IMG/VR virus record: IMGVR_UViG_3300025151_000046 | Location: 1 to 53,757 of that record | Length of the DNA stretch: 53,757 nucleotides | Origin: a virus | Taxonomy: Duplodnaviria; Caudoviricetes | Reading direction: 5' to 3' (one strand) | Shown: positions 30,001 to 35,635 of the stretch, one piece after another | Numbering within the stretch: position 1 is the first letter of the stretch | Layout: each line of letters opens with the position of its first letter | Program-made: the position numbers and the translations under genes | The notes under the pieces: model-generated | The model's input: the letters and a program-made list of their open reading frames with translations, nothing else | Databases searched by the model: none | Told to the model about the DNA's origin: nothing

Positions 30001-32559
30001 GATAATCTCACTGCTGGTGTAAACATACTACTTGGTGCTGATGGTACAATGGTAACTGCTAATGATATGGAAGGTTCGTTAGCATCTGTAGATGGAGGTA
30101 CAGCACAACAATTCTTCAAACAAGGTGGTAGGGCATTAACAGGAGATGCAAACTCTGACAATATGCTAAACCACTTTTGGCCTTGTGGTTCTCGTGGTGG
30201 GCCACTTGTCAGTAGACTTGACGGGTATGGGTATGTGTCTACTTCATGGGATTACCCAAGAGACTACACATTCGATGCACCTGTTTGGGTAGATGACGAT
30301 GATAACGGCTCTTACACAGTAAGTAGTGGTATTAGTAAATCCAACTATAGCAGTATATCTAATCCAACTCGTGTTAGACCATTTGGTTATAGATTTGGAT
30401 TGCGACAACCATACAACAAACCACAATGGTCTACTTACGGTTTAAGGGCACTAAGAGAAACTGCTATCACAGCAACTAACGCATCAGTGAGTTATCAACA
30501 CGGCCCACTTGTACAAAGAGAAACGCAGACTTGGACATATGCTGGTGGTTCAGCCGGTGTATCTAATCCTGCATATCCTAACACATATGTCGGTATAATG
30601 GAAAGACAAACTAACTTTAGTGGTATGTTAGGAGTAGACATTCCCGAAAGACAGGTACGTTATAGTGACGGTATGAGAGTTACACGACCATTCGGTTGTC
30701 CTGTACGCACACTAAGAAATGCTTCTACTGTGGTAAGAGAATGGTGGGGCGAAGGAAACGGTAAGGGTATCTACAACATTGACGATGCACTAAGATACTA
30801 CATTGTAGATTGGTGGGGCAATACTCGTGGTGAAGATGTACGCAGATTCCCTGTTCGTGGGTTTGGTATCAAACCTGCATGGGACAGTGCTGATGTTTAC
30901 GAATATGATAGGACTAATGATAGAACTCCTTACCAACGTCTGTACAATGACGGCTCACCAATTGTAAACGGTAAGGGTATCATAGACAATTCGGGTAACG
31001 TAAGTGTATCAAGTGGGTTTACTATTCCTAAGTACGGTGGTAGATTAAACAACAATAACAACAACAGTTCTACAACATTAGTTGACGTATTCTTACCAAC
31101 TAATGCACAGAGAGTTGGTGATAGTGGTAGAGGTTATGGTATAAGATACCCTACTGCATTCAATGAAGATTTACTAACAGACATAGATGAGCCTATCCAC
31201 ACAACAGGTGTAGTCTTGTCTCACCACACAGCAGAACCTAACATGAATGATGGCTACATTAGAGCGAGAGATGACGTACTGCAAAGTGATGAAGTACCTC
31301 GTGGTATAAGTGCTAGATTAGATATTGCTGAAGACGGACTATTGAAACCCGATGCTGTAGTAAGTGATAGAATAGAAACAGTCAGTGGTGACTCACCGCA
31401 TAAAGACGCTATCAGTAGAAGTAGTCCTCGTATTGGATTAGACACAGAAAACATTGAGGGTGTAGATGAGAACATGATAATCATTAATACCGAAGCACAC
31501 AGTCTCCACACTGACAGAAACGTGGGACAGCGTGTAATTCTACACGGCGGTATGCAGACAGGCTCTCAGACTCTAGGTGACTATGACCTCACTGCACTAA
31601 ACTTCGGTGGACAGCCGCAAGGTGGTGTAATTAGACTAAGCCATACCTCAAACTTCAATCCTCTTGGTGGTACATTCCTTGCTGAAACACGCAACTTCGT
31701 ATCTCCTATTGATGACAGTAATTGGGGTGGATTCACTGATGCTACATGTGACTACAACAATGACCCTACTATCACTATGGATTCTACAGCAAAGTTAGTT
31801 GTAGGTATGACAGTAACCGGTACAGGTATTCCAACAGGTGCCACTGTATCTTCGATTACCGATGCGACTACATTTGAGTTGTCAGCCTCAACTACCGGTG
31901 GTTCAGTAACTAACGGCACTCTGAGTTTCGGACCACCTGTAGGCATGGGAAGCAACCCCTATGCTACTAGCGTATTTACAACTGCCGGTAAGAGAGCCAA
32001 CATTACTGACAAGAAAATCACATACATGTTACGCCCTATTCGATTACTAGACAAGCAACACGCTGAAATGTTTAGGTCGAACTCTAACCTACACTCTTCT
32101 TCACCACAGTACGGTAGTAATTACTTCGGTGCTACAGCAGGTGGTAAGTATGGATTGTACCTTTACGAAGTAGAAAACGGAAGGGCGACAAGCGGAGGCA
32201 TATACATGCGAAGCACCAGCCCCGACTCCAACCCACCGTATGCCCCTGCATACCATATGGACATATCAGCAAGTGACACTGTACCAATTAGTAAGGGTCC
32301 AAAGATTAAGGGTACAGAGGTTACAACTTTCGATAAGACATTATTAGACAATGAGGTAACTCGTGTAATAATTAGCGAAAATTCATTACAGCATCATCGT
32401 GCAGATGCCCCTCGTAGAAGGTCACACGAAGAAGGAGATGTAAAAGAATTAAGGATGGATTATTCTGTTCAACCTAGATTCTCTCAGTCTCTCCATCAAA
32501 AGGGACATAAAGGCGATGTAACCTACAACAGTTCGGACCATAGTGGTGATGCGGCATGA
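15061..32559 (+). CDS. Giant (5832 aa) tail-associated/adhesin-like virion protein with an N-terminal LamG/concanavalin-like domain
   Basis: Uninterrupted 17.5-kb ORF. N-terminal AYFFDGVSDSI...YHVVA...LSVNG...VYIGG...FRGAIE LamG-like pattern, repeated beta modules, tail-tip position. Confidence 0.75.
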   Translation: MVAIGRSSHAYFFDGVSDSIIVPQGRFRKTGTGNAQGNNVSVKTLDGSDDRTNITGKNDTEFIIETFVIPDCGGVIAFREGQFSLEMGTVDTPGPAVFTLNTESIQGPSFIKLTTAFDTTTRWDGIVFPQQVSGGIHDTYNRYDSSLDEATNLNFNNRPLYHVVAGLLKNKVFLSVNGEIVASQSVPDSTVVARSTDHVYIGGKGGEFRGAIEALHMTSNFTEEMLLPHIPVKTPASSALFRFEEPIDIIEESYSFTAFTAASDGTTTTLTIPAADAQALIARLTGKAYDSSSPTTDFRATPYSMGNYKVTDYYTTPSTPSTIATAHTPYNLLINPGAVNRNSHKPNQSPPERVRLHSINGSTGVITVSSIHIDFVNGTNGLRGLLHSRTADVDNYFVVIGADLLIDNGTGKPYQPPHYGTQIFDKTGQMTIDESSFENHGFVYSSRMATTTSDPNNPFAVNWPSGLDALFQVGHSGRHLYSHITGHEYMRRFPKPTDMIIDQQIDGSADIVEMVYENSTQSIQEMFTMNGLIDFYNDAIEAPIARIKNSSTVASIVNNGLPASKKELIAIGGLGFDYAPFMLKGPVPEYGDINDTTRLYHLSPESKSRIALLHVPALKSSYDYAPYVEIHYNAIDLTGASMSISGPMLMVEKTVPAGNHIVTGSTTILDVITADLANTTLYSAGGIITLTNAIDGFGANLEDSHTLIGDNTGGQENDVELDYSTTPALYTPDDDVSAIPASPPKGISRSHNNAVHESVYHKLCIEARSPISQNTNTDADGIGNFTLKPLTEKSGTGVFDIGPTTSSSRLFEIYDIIDNVRITDEAGIYCKIFVQPSNKLRSNQLSLIRTAETDTVPNIASIMVLMSRCRIRDVKNVQDAENNMVITSVVGKGIADSFVNENVSVIGSGSPDSHIVKEIEPNSPVVTVNLGGPGQGAVNTKPTFDPSPLMRLPGSTRRNCVIQAVRVNTDTSDTHQSITVVPINNESPDVQSWGTICFPKVGRIYLEDGASAEYSSKVGAGFLFDDTNAVADRKYLDAAGVAYDTLHKWMQANNLYSYTNAGTYSVSFFISNDPDFDNSNLTQDGSTVNDRLFQTISDVTHDYQLGTQYASTRAMVEIPVFPKQFFDHTAEGIFPGPDNSMKLHIDATYTAHTWNPTPVGRRAKDIEAADKEVFSAYSYNVQNKNYVQSATITKVETVSNNIRIYVSHPHMFPDATLTARYGNMAPRVGYRRVFLGSGDWGIYDNNPTSDGYISIPDGYVSAGYDNGFTENFKTNATVGSKIHITSGINNQVLIPISGGAGLPSSDFEGRSNFYHDSANVQTQGGNLDYGLRQYVSAVEFKAGPLANPHAPRIEYGRAKATIVAARIDGRMHLTLDDASLFPDPPYSRDSNNAVEFNLGDYLYIVEIGLDTPEEVLYFGTLQGSPTSNEIVIERKFGSSITLDNVVGKSIYLKKAVLAWKSISDPSNIGANEADTAIFDSIWKSTVSVASGTTDAFCVSHTSSYLKLGANTIGLNIRKGDKIYSRTGNANYIGEVSAVIDNTYGPLTNFDIASCTVTNGIPTITGISSTSNIVVGMAVTGNGIPSNTHVLTVDSSTQITLDKNATGLGSSPSSETLSFEVEGAIIKLTGNNLVGTNPSVATIGVAIGDTTSEDFDAVLNRSWIYPYAQGGLRNGDTVWMNMTLNNPHAVEGLFCKSRGVLNEALVWNGFNGGRGALAGSPRDSIPLENFLIGNSCLETAQNFAQHINKTIELNYEAFGLDASQAPTIAYVDPYLSTDGHARVLLYDVAHDREFIAFHDIHMQVQSSASTPTVGYTRNIVYANGNTGNLDKILSGINGNAPHYLTTQIDVMNGFPSENRFIRRTQQSKFIESAYAHNVPSMTSKDLTQSTGGTETTYNLKNPSTSGNNSHRKGKGHGHFVHTGLYHEGTSDTHNIGDSVLPRVEPAVASVYWSVEKHKLSRKANGENLLLNKLREHRLSQNPATHSLRDTSTMFDTPDGTRVISAFLCLKGKRNTALDLTNHEESRLQHLKHWTEMDFVRRMVVDLGEIGVKEGVTDIEAAAREIVRVINQGGAPNGRTHARRPSQQYPGESERLDLTRIGVRADTLDENKDPSSAHINADFAATGSTHDPSPFWDGSVAFETHDRGSHMGYVRAHLGRVVEDINGNEGFSVVIHSTIPGASGRNFCVWLDNSKGQSNYQPQFLIGHGGRFRNFWAQPDETIGENMHPAPMPLNKHGRPFAPITTLREMVIQDSPDEQFTSNHDIGPRRDNTSNPIQRNLSAHIGGISQNTVNDESFESQSPSMTLVKGLRAGSQAVARINFGGLVASGVPGFSPIAGKHGFGRKGSTDFDKIYNEAIKSGDTDPTAITSYSTHVPSADVIEDNIGNSSLYGVRFTDHRGRGYGVRYIYRQLGKEFANELTTIPSTIDEEVCIYFDDSDVSQGGFTIGNHMLGWGDVTGRVDISNFESGEEEVSWRGNQWRGIPAPDVGIDCYIQWNGTEMTVTLESPFGTSDTGSISLEKHPDILGYLGFPRENGVIQLTDPFTSTTRKGSTGTVISYTSRTQNSLTGTHTFFGVIGPNGAVSHKLDNNNSAATLDDTGSYTFNDNEIHRLIITPRLNWTTLITDEIIAVATAHAINLQDPNIEEGVSFDCTQFYAADGRTLEEWGVSPDAIKIRAHNPQRSITPISTMFSATVHKDLGIEAPHLEYGEYEYIDKSTLNQWTINTAQSQHNPVSDANIDKNRKTGCGFLPRTILQVRSKSRGFHSNTPTPVIVDSYNDPINITNWKNNLIGVNYTSVHGDHILPKIDSGMIVFTKYHHTSKYFEVSNPQRLTHILIPAGQESTSEHSETKILSFGSTAKLWISKTAFAIATSYQGSNSMAYIEKLNGNTDFDEVYGGSDVNDDGILLTHGDKHFTGHRLYGSIESQPVVHFKGGRDSIDHSVPLYFGGGFSGVVLDINDGTQNDYTSFYTHPYSSGPTGTAGIQNANEISTSFAILDCNAMLAFFPGTPLLNQHRGSITPPAHNKNNILSPDLMNGTYSRAGRPAQLSARYTAGIVPQKAVPMVIRVPHQNAKYRDYVGEDEDGKYFTTYLIFGPGQSFPFTETTAANSDVEPHPGYVITTGNTWSKMPSGVNLPNEIKNSDGEYGPPSSTYQSRRNRFQYHTTINWSPAEGIPNIGDVTFTNNTGETDHTPGGTPGFGGDARILRVDSTSNIAVGMTINGTGIPTDSLVTQVIDSRTFKINQDTTDSNSGVTFTFTLGSTYGLTQRPEHGYHYGEHFFNPLSGKIVTNNEEDYKKAHPYQHCSIGYYGITMSADMTWHMDGGYHPGGNWLDQQMSFNPPMEKDNYRVVKETNNVMQPTAFRASGVLHSDWIAGDNLETADTYFRDTILVDATRCQNGEELATIIGQAINENPGKSALKALGGTFMPSMGTSMRQDRYGWIELGYVNYNHSESTLNEAGITNLGDNTAATTFNNGTGYILARSQSSHTQAQLEQIPASGWIRTDLGGRLPSDPTGTDAPTWGCYHSREVIQISSTWHVLFHLAPNRISGFPVMEDITTWDDKCESTTALSFPDLLGTGSLNPPTKVYVWSKSGVNTFVNNIGDNDNLLHKSSVHFNGLVDAIDRTRPIGAVGWAGERYSYLNSLKVGTSNVYAAGLGAWHPMLGFSPYGKASSVMNTFGHLPNISPLKYAPESTGPINGRSGADSVLTSAYSWNTGLASTDSLYTGYSFEDAEDSLYGNKPVNILNDGVDVVESLHSNQGVFGRAFLVISYEGELPLIAKRDRDGITATGDWLAVRSKLLQEVDVFTALKFAGTNQWSEDIHGADRFVAPANGGPNIEALIVDNIGPATDDYTYSSAFTFNSTISADSSLKNAEPCLHPTGDLFFDLDESPGSFFLHDNSEVERNRAVDFVDVADTEMTTRYGERSYWGTATNARKLMLNTPTKNFSVEHVVWKRMDGGNLSLPAPNARGLGAVPFITRVDNGNPLTMGEEIYGINRFSFETTNSAMFPIVQAQELSHPQLATQHPDELRNALMIPNEEIQFEEIMVTDDTGQTHIIEGGSPFGTIIRTYNTVSDRGAEGLAPSITNSGIEPNLKIRLPDPETIPGNIIIRPGFGALQAYQTETIGSGGMMRPISSAALKHLFTDETTGPRLGPSFSDHNWEHISQAASGEAFPDSTYKGWEIATGNAPLETSYELHDRTLYFHITKNGNTHSHRHPNYYSHANGVENNELTGVSYSGTTLTVNAAPSTSLYNETVGPGDSRKFLRLYNPTTGKGGVASFTGISGSTFIGCVGDADFQEIIKSDISSYKVVPSYYIPAGSTRFFAARRLRDHAEVSGNSPDTAHTLYFRGGGTEEVPKTLFRRPRLSPLAAPRMGHHFVNPTMAVLPGHWAHPAYQGLYNKHLAIRSATLNSEERALMQEQNLDDLKSDISTTLTNKLHGYDTIHRFGALNATPSGPSDIHGGAFTLMFETKIKTDGYGVLASEGQAGVVNSKGGHTVVLEAAANYTLDNHFPDPSEVGAYQIVIQPNVFKSQMLGFHANGPADDVPDGTVNELTSQQVALVIGIRESDSATGGLGLVLAEATMADVRGCEIFINEIMIDHDPDHMSQFTNIPPLMTYNPLGVQSTESPAFVKNSLPYQPQMFVKATPGYTTNIPWWSITHRYGPDHSEATSFRHLSHHRFDNYYEFIRAGAGSIGCQITLAGYPSTHPDIYHEILENVSLNPVCTVVSVAATTITVDDARGFPMVPYYGNKLEYTDASGIRRTHDYTERSGYDSTNMNKPKQFTITANTNFTSNLTAGTKLRLTRAYDFRPSGSIFTDSKSSMVTRILPQMLQGSRDTNSLHMADAFLCLWHPNLGRPHTFYSDSSRTWLSPTLDRAVDKKPLNSMPEHFETIHYHESTYYASMGPFGLQRKTPRPPHKYKNSSNTEITFTSKHSGSVMNVSTTTGLTGTPTIMVDGIVFTVASFTASPARITVNEGIPDNLTAGVNILLGADGTMVTANDMEGSLASVDGGTAQQFFKQGGRALTGDANSDNMLNHFWPCGSRGGPLVSRLDGYGYVSTSWDYPRDYTFDAPVWVDDDDNGSYTVSSGISKSNYSSISNPTRVRPFGYRFGLRQPYNKPQWSTYGLRALRETAITATNASVSYQHGPLVQRETQTWTYAGGSAGVSNPAYPNTYVGIMERQTNFSGMLGVDIPERQVRYSDGMRVTRPFGCPVRTLRNASTVVREWWGEGNGKGIYNIDDALRYYIVDWWGNTRGEDVRRFPVRGFGIKPAWDSADVYEYDRTNDRTPYQRLYNDGSPIVNGKGIIDNSGNVSVSSGFTIPKYGGRLNNNNNNSSTTLVDVFLPTNAQRVGDSGRGYGIRYPTAFNEDLLTDIDEPIHTTGVVLSHHTAEPNMNDGYIRARDDVLQSDEVPRGISARLDIAEDGLLKPDAVVSDRIETVSGDSPHKDAISRSSPRIGLDTENIEGVDENMIIINTEAHSLHTDRNVGQRVILHGGMQTGSQTLGDYDLTALNFGGQPQGGVIRLSHTSNFNPLGGTFLAETRNFVSPIDDSNWGGFTDATCDYNNDPTITMDSTAKLVVGMTVTGTGIPTGATVSSITDATTFELSASTTGGSVTNGTLSFGPPVGMGSNPYATSVFTTAGKRANITDKKITYMLRPIRLLDKQHAEMFRSNSNLHSSSPQYGSNYFGATAGGKYGLYLYEVENGRATSGGIYMRSTSPDSNPPYAPAYHMDISASDTVPISKGPKIKGTEVTTFDKTLLDNEVTRVIISENSLQHHRADAPRRRSHEEGDVKELRMDYSVQPRFSQSLHQKGHKGDVTYNSSDHSGDAA

Positions 32560-33062
32560 CGGTGTTTGATAATTCTTGGATTATATTGAAAAGAAATATT
32601 ATTCAAAGACTAAGTGATAGACTTCGCTACGGCCCGGTAAAATATTATCATGGAACTACTGCTAATTCTGCTCAGAATATTGCTCGTGAAGGATTTCAAC
32701 CAATTGAAAATAAAGTAGGTATTAGAGGTCAAGGTACTTATGTTTCTCAAAACCCTGCTGTGGCAGGTAGGTTTGCTACAGCCTTTGGAAGTAGACCTAC
32801 TGAACAACAAGGAATGATAGGTGTTAGAAGTAGAGTTCCTATGGATTCTTTTACTGTAACTCAAGGCGATGCAAACTTTGCTAATCAAGGTTTATTTTCA
32901 CAACCAATACCCCCTCAATATTTAGTTAATCTAAAACCAAAGCAGTATTCACAACAGAATGTACCAACTCAATATCAAGAGTCTGAATCTATGTTTGGTG
33001 GATATTCAGCAGGAGATTGGTCGCAACCGATAAATAATTCAAACTTTGGTGGTACAGTATGA
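32556..33062 (+). CDS. ADP-ribosyltransferase-fold protein (Tpt1/KptA- or PARP-like NAD-binding domain)
   Basis: Motifs YYHGT, IAREGF, GQGTYVSQNPAVA and IPPQYL. ATGA overlaps on both sides. Confidence 0.65.
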   Translation: MTVFDNSWIILKRNIIQRLSDRLRYGPVKYYHGTTANSAQNIAREGFQPIENKVGIRGQGTYVSQNPAVAGRFATAFGSRPTEQQGMIGVRSRVPMDSFTVTQGDANFANQGLFSQPIPPQYLVNLKPKQYSQQNVPTQYQESESMFGGYSAGDWSQPINNSNFGGTV

Positions 33063-33889
33063 TTAGTGTAAAGGTGTATGAGGTAGGCCCAAGAGATGGA
33101 TTACAGTCGTTAGGATATACTGTAGATACGGAGACAAAGAAACAACTTATCCAATCTCTTTATGATGCAGGTATAGAGACAGTAGAAGAGACATCTTTTG
33201 TTCATCCTAAACTTGTACCTAACATGGCAGATGCAGAAGAAGTATTCACCGGCAAAGGTTCAGCACTTGTCCTTAACAAGCGTGGATATGAAAGAGCAAA
33301 GGCAGCAGGTGTAGAAAAATTCAACATTGTACTATCTCCTTGTGAAACCTTCAATATGAAAAACATGAATGCTAGACACGATGAATTAGTATTACGGTAC
33401 AGGACTTTCATGTTGGGTGTATCAAAAGAAAATGTAAGAGTGTATATCTCTATGGCTTTTGGTTCACCGTATAGTGGTCTTACATCTGACAATCAGATTA
33501 TCAAATGTATTCGTGATGCTAAGATGTTTGGTAACACAGTAGTATTCGCTGACACTGTAGGGTGTGCAGATAGACTACAGATTGGTACATGGGCTGACTA
33601 TGCCCACAAAGAAGGATTGAACGTAGCATTACATCTACACCATAAGGGAGATGAGAGTAACCCACTATCTATGATAAGAGCAGGTATATTCTCCGGTATT
33701 ACAGAGTTTGATACCAGCATAGGAGGATTAGGAGGCTGTCCCTTTGTAGAAGACAGTGGTGCTAACTTAGCCACTGAAACTCTTGTAAAACATCTAAAGG
33801 CATGGGGAGTGCATTGTGATGTTGATGAAGATAAACTCCAACAAGCATTAAAAATTACTCGTGAAATAAAAAGAGGGGCGACGGCGTGA
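33059..33889 (+). CDS. hmgL: Hydroxymethylglutaryl-CoA lyase (DRE-TIM metallolyase)
   Basis: VYEVGPRDGLQ, SFVHPKLVPNMADA, ADTVG, the metal-binding HLH, GGLGGCPF (catalytic Cys) and GANLATE are all present. Confidence 0.9.
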   Translation: MISVKVYEVGPRDGLQSLGYTVDTETKKQLIQSLYDAGIETVEETSFVHPKLVPNMADAEEVFTGKGSALVLNKRGYERAKAAGVEKFNIVLSPCETFNMKNMNARHDELVLRYRTFMLGVSKENVRVYISMAFGSPYSGLTSDNQIIKCIRDAKMFGNTVVFADTVGCADRLQIGTWADYAHKEGLNVALHLHHKGDESNPLSMIRAGIFSGITEFDTSIGGLGGCPFVEDSGANLATETLVKHLKAWGVHCDVDEDKLQQALKITREIKRGATA

Positions 33890-35301
33890 CAGTAATCAAG
33901 AATACCGCAACGGGTCGTTACAGCACTGATGCTGACGAAATTATGACCCATGTAAGAAAGCCGGTATTCGTTGATAACGCTGTACACCATGCCCGATTAT
34001 CACTACAAAAGAGTAACAAGGCTAAGGTGATTATTGAGAAAAACAACACTCGTACATTGCAGGTTATGCCTCAGAGAGCATATCAACTTTTGGAAGGCGA
34101 ATCGTATGTACAACTTACTCATGTAAACAAACCGGGCCATTCTAGTCTCAATGCGCCATTCTTTAACGATGATGTTATTTCATCTACCAATACACCTATG
34201 TTATTGTATAACGCTGAATCAGGTAGTCAAAGATTACTACCTTCTACAATAGATACGTCATCTTATGGTGTCAAAGCGAATCTAAGAAACATGAAAGCCA
34301 AGACGCTAGATAGCATAGGGTTTACAGGTAATACAGTTAAGTTAGGACAGCCTATAGACGTAGGACTTCGTACCTCTGACTTGGCTGTAAGATTAGGCGA
34401 ATCAATAGATAGCGGTGCTACCAGCGTAAATATTTCAAGAGCAAAGAACGTCACGGCATCCTCAGCCCGTAAGCATAGCAAACGCTTCGTAGGTCAAGAC
34501 TTCAACAACATGAATCTAATGACAGCGTTGAGATTCCTTAGTAGGCATGACAGCAGAATGGTATTGCTAGATAGGTTTGGTAATCTATTGTATATACCAA
34601 TCACATTTAGTGAGTCCAACTTTGATGTTGATGGTAACTTTAGAACAGGTGCAAGAACAGAAAACCCTGTAGATAACATACCAAACAGAGTTACTGTACA
34701 AGGTTTACCTCTAGCACTTAATGACTTAGTAATAGTAACTGTAGATGATGTGGAAGGGCAAGTAGAAGAAGTAAGAGAAGATTCTGCACCAATAATGGAC
34801 AGTACAGTAAGAACTACTAACGCAGCACGAAGAGTCGCAAGACAGATGTTAAAATCACGTTCATTAATTCAAGGGTCTATAACAAGCGAAGGTCACCCCG
34901 GTATCATAGGACTAAGACCCGGTATGGTCATAAAATATAGTGGTGAAAATAAAGTTGTCACCGAGGTAAAACACATGCCAATCAGAAACATGAGTGACAT
35001 ATCTTTGCTAAACCTAGATACAGGTATAGAAGGTATTCTACAAGGTATATCTGAAGGTTCTACTGTGGGTGCTAACGAGACTAATCCTGCTACATATGTA
35101 CAGGTAGTAGAACAAAACTTGGCATTGTTCGGTAAGATAGAATTGCGTATCAGTACAAGTGTTACTTCTCGTGGTGTATTTAATACAGCATACCTTATCG
35201 GCGGTGTGAAGGGTACTCAAGATAGAGGTAAGATAGGGAAGGCCGATGGTCTACCTATTGGTGGTAGTAAGACAAGAAGGGGGCGATTATATTCCGGTTA
35301 G
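33886..35301 (+). CDS. Putative baseplate hub/tail-tip protein
   Basis: ALRFLSRHD...LLDRFGNLLY, NRVTVQG and LRPGMVI...VTEVKH resemble gp27/Tal-like hubs; tail context. Confidence 0.5.
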   Translation: MTVIKNTATGRYSTDADEIMTHVRKPVFVDNAVHHARLSLQKSNKAKVIIEKNNTRTLQVMPQRAYQLLEGESYVQLTHVNKPGHSSLNAPFFNDDVISSTNTPMLLYNAESGSQRLLPSTIDTSSYGVKANLRNMKAKTLDSIGFTGNTVKLGQPIDVGLRTSDLAVRLGESIDSGATSVNISRAKNVTASSARKHSKRFVGQDFNNMNLMTALRFLSRHDSRMVLLDRFGNLLYIPITFSESNFDVDGNFRTGARTENPVDNIPNRVTVQGLPLALNDLVIVTVDDVEGQVEEVREDSAPIMDSTVRTTNAARRVARQMLKSRSLIQGSITSEGHPGIIGLRPGMVIKYSGENKVVTEVKHMPIRNMSDISLLNLDTGIEGILQGISEGSTVGANETNPATYVQVVEQNLALFGKIELRISTSVTSRGVFNTAYLIGGVKGTQDRGKIGKADGLPIGGSKTRRGRLYSG

Positions 35302-35635
35302 TGATTACATAAAGAGACTACTGCTTGAGACATTAGCAGATAACATCAACGAAGTCATCTTAGGTTTCGATGGTACACCTGCTACAAGTGATGACGGTTC
35401 AGCAGGTCGCCCTGCTATTACTCTAGTACCGTCTGTCACCATAGTAGATGAAACATCACTATTGGTCGAAGCAACACTACCATATACAGAATCCTTTACT
35501 GATAAAATAAGAGAGGTGTATGTACAGTTTCGTGACACTAATGAGTTTACACCTGTGGCAAGATACACTATCAGTCCAATTACTAAATCTAATACAAATG
35601 AATTACTTATTCAAATAGCAATAGAGGTGGCATAA
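35246..35635 (+). CDS. Hypothetical tail/baseplate protein (start uncertain, possibly ATT 35291)
   Basis: Fills the gap before the fibre gene; TAATG overlap with the next gene. Confidence 0.55.
   Translation: MVYLLVVVRQEGGDYIPVSDYIKRLLLETLADNINEVILGFDGTPATSDDGSAGRPAITLVPSVTIVDETSLLVEATLPYTESFTDKIREVYVQFRDTNEFTPVARYTISPITKSNTNELLIQIAIEVA

Noticed and set aside
31048-31066. AAC/AAT microsatellite (poly-Asn)
   Set aside because: Only six in-frame Asn codons with mixed AAC/AAT; ordinary low complexity, not a phase-variation tract.
14092-31929. Repeated module as a diversity-generating retroelement TR/VR pair
   Set aside because: No reverse transcriptase in the window. The copies differ at all base types, mostly synonymously, rather than at adenines only.
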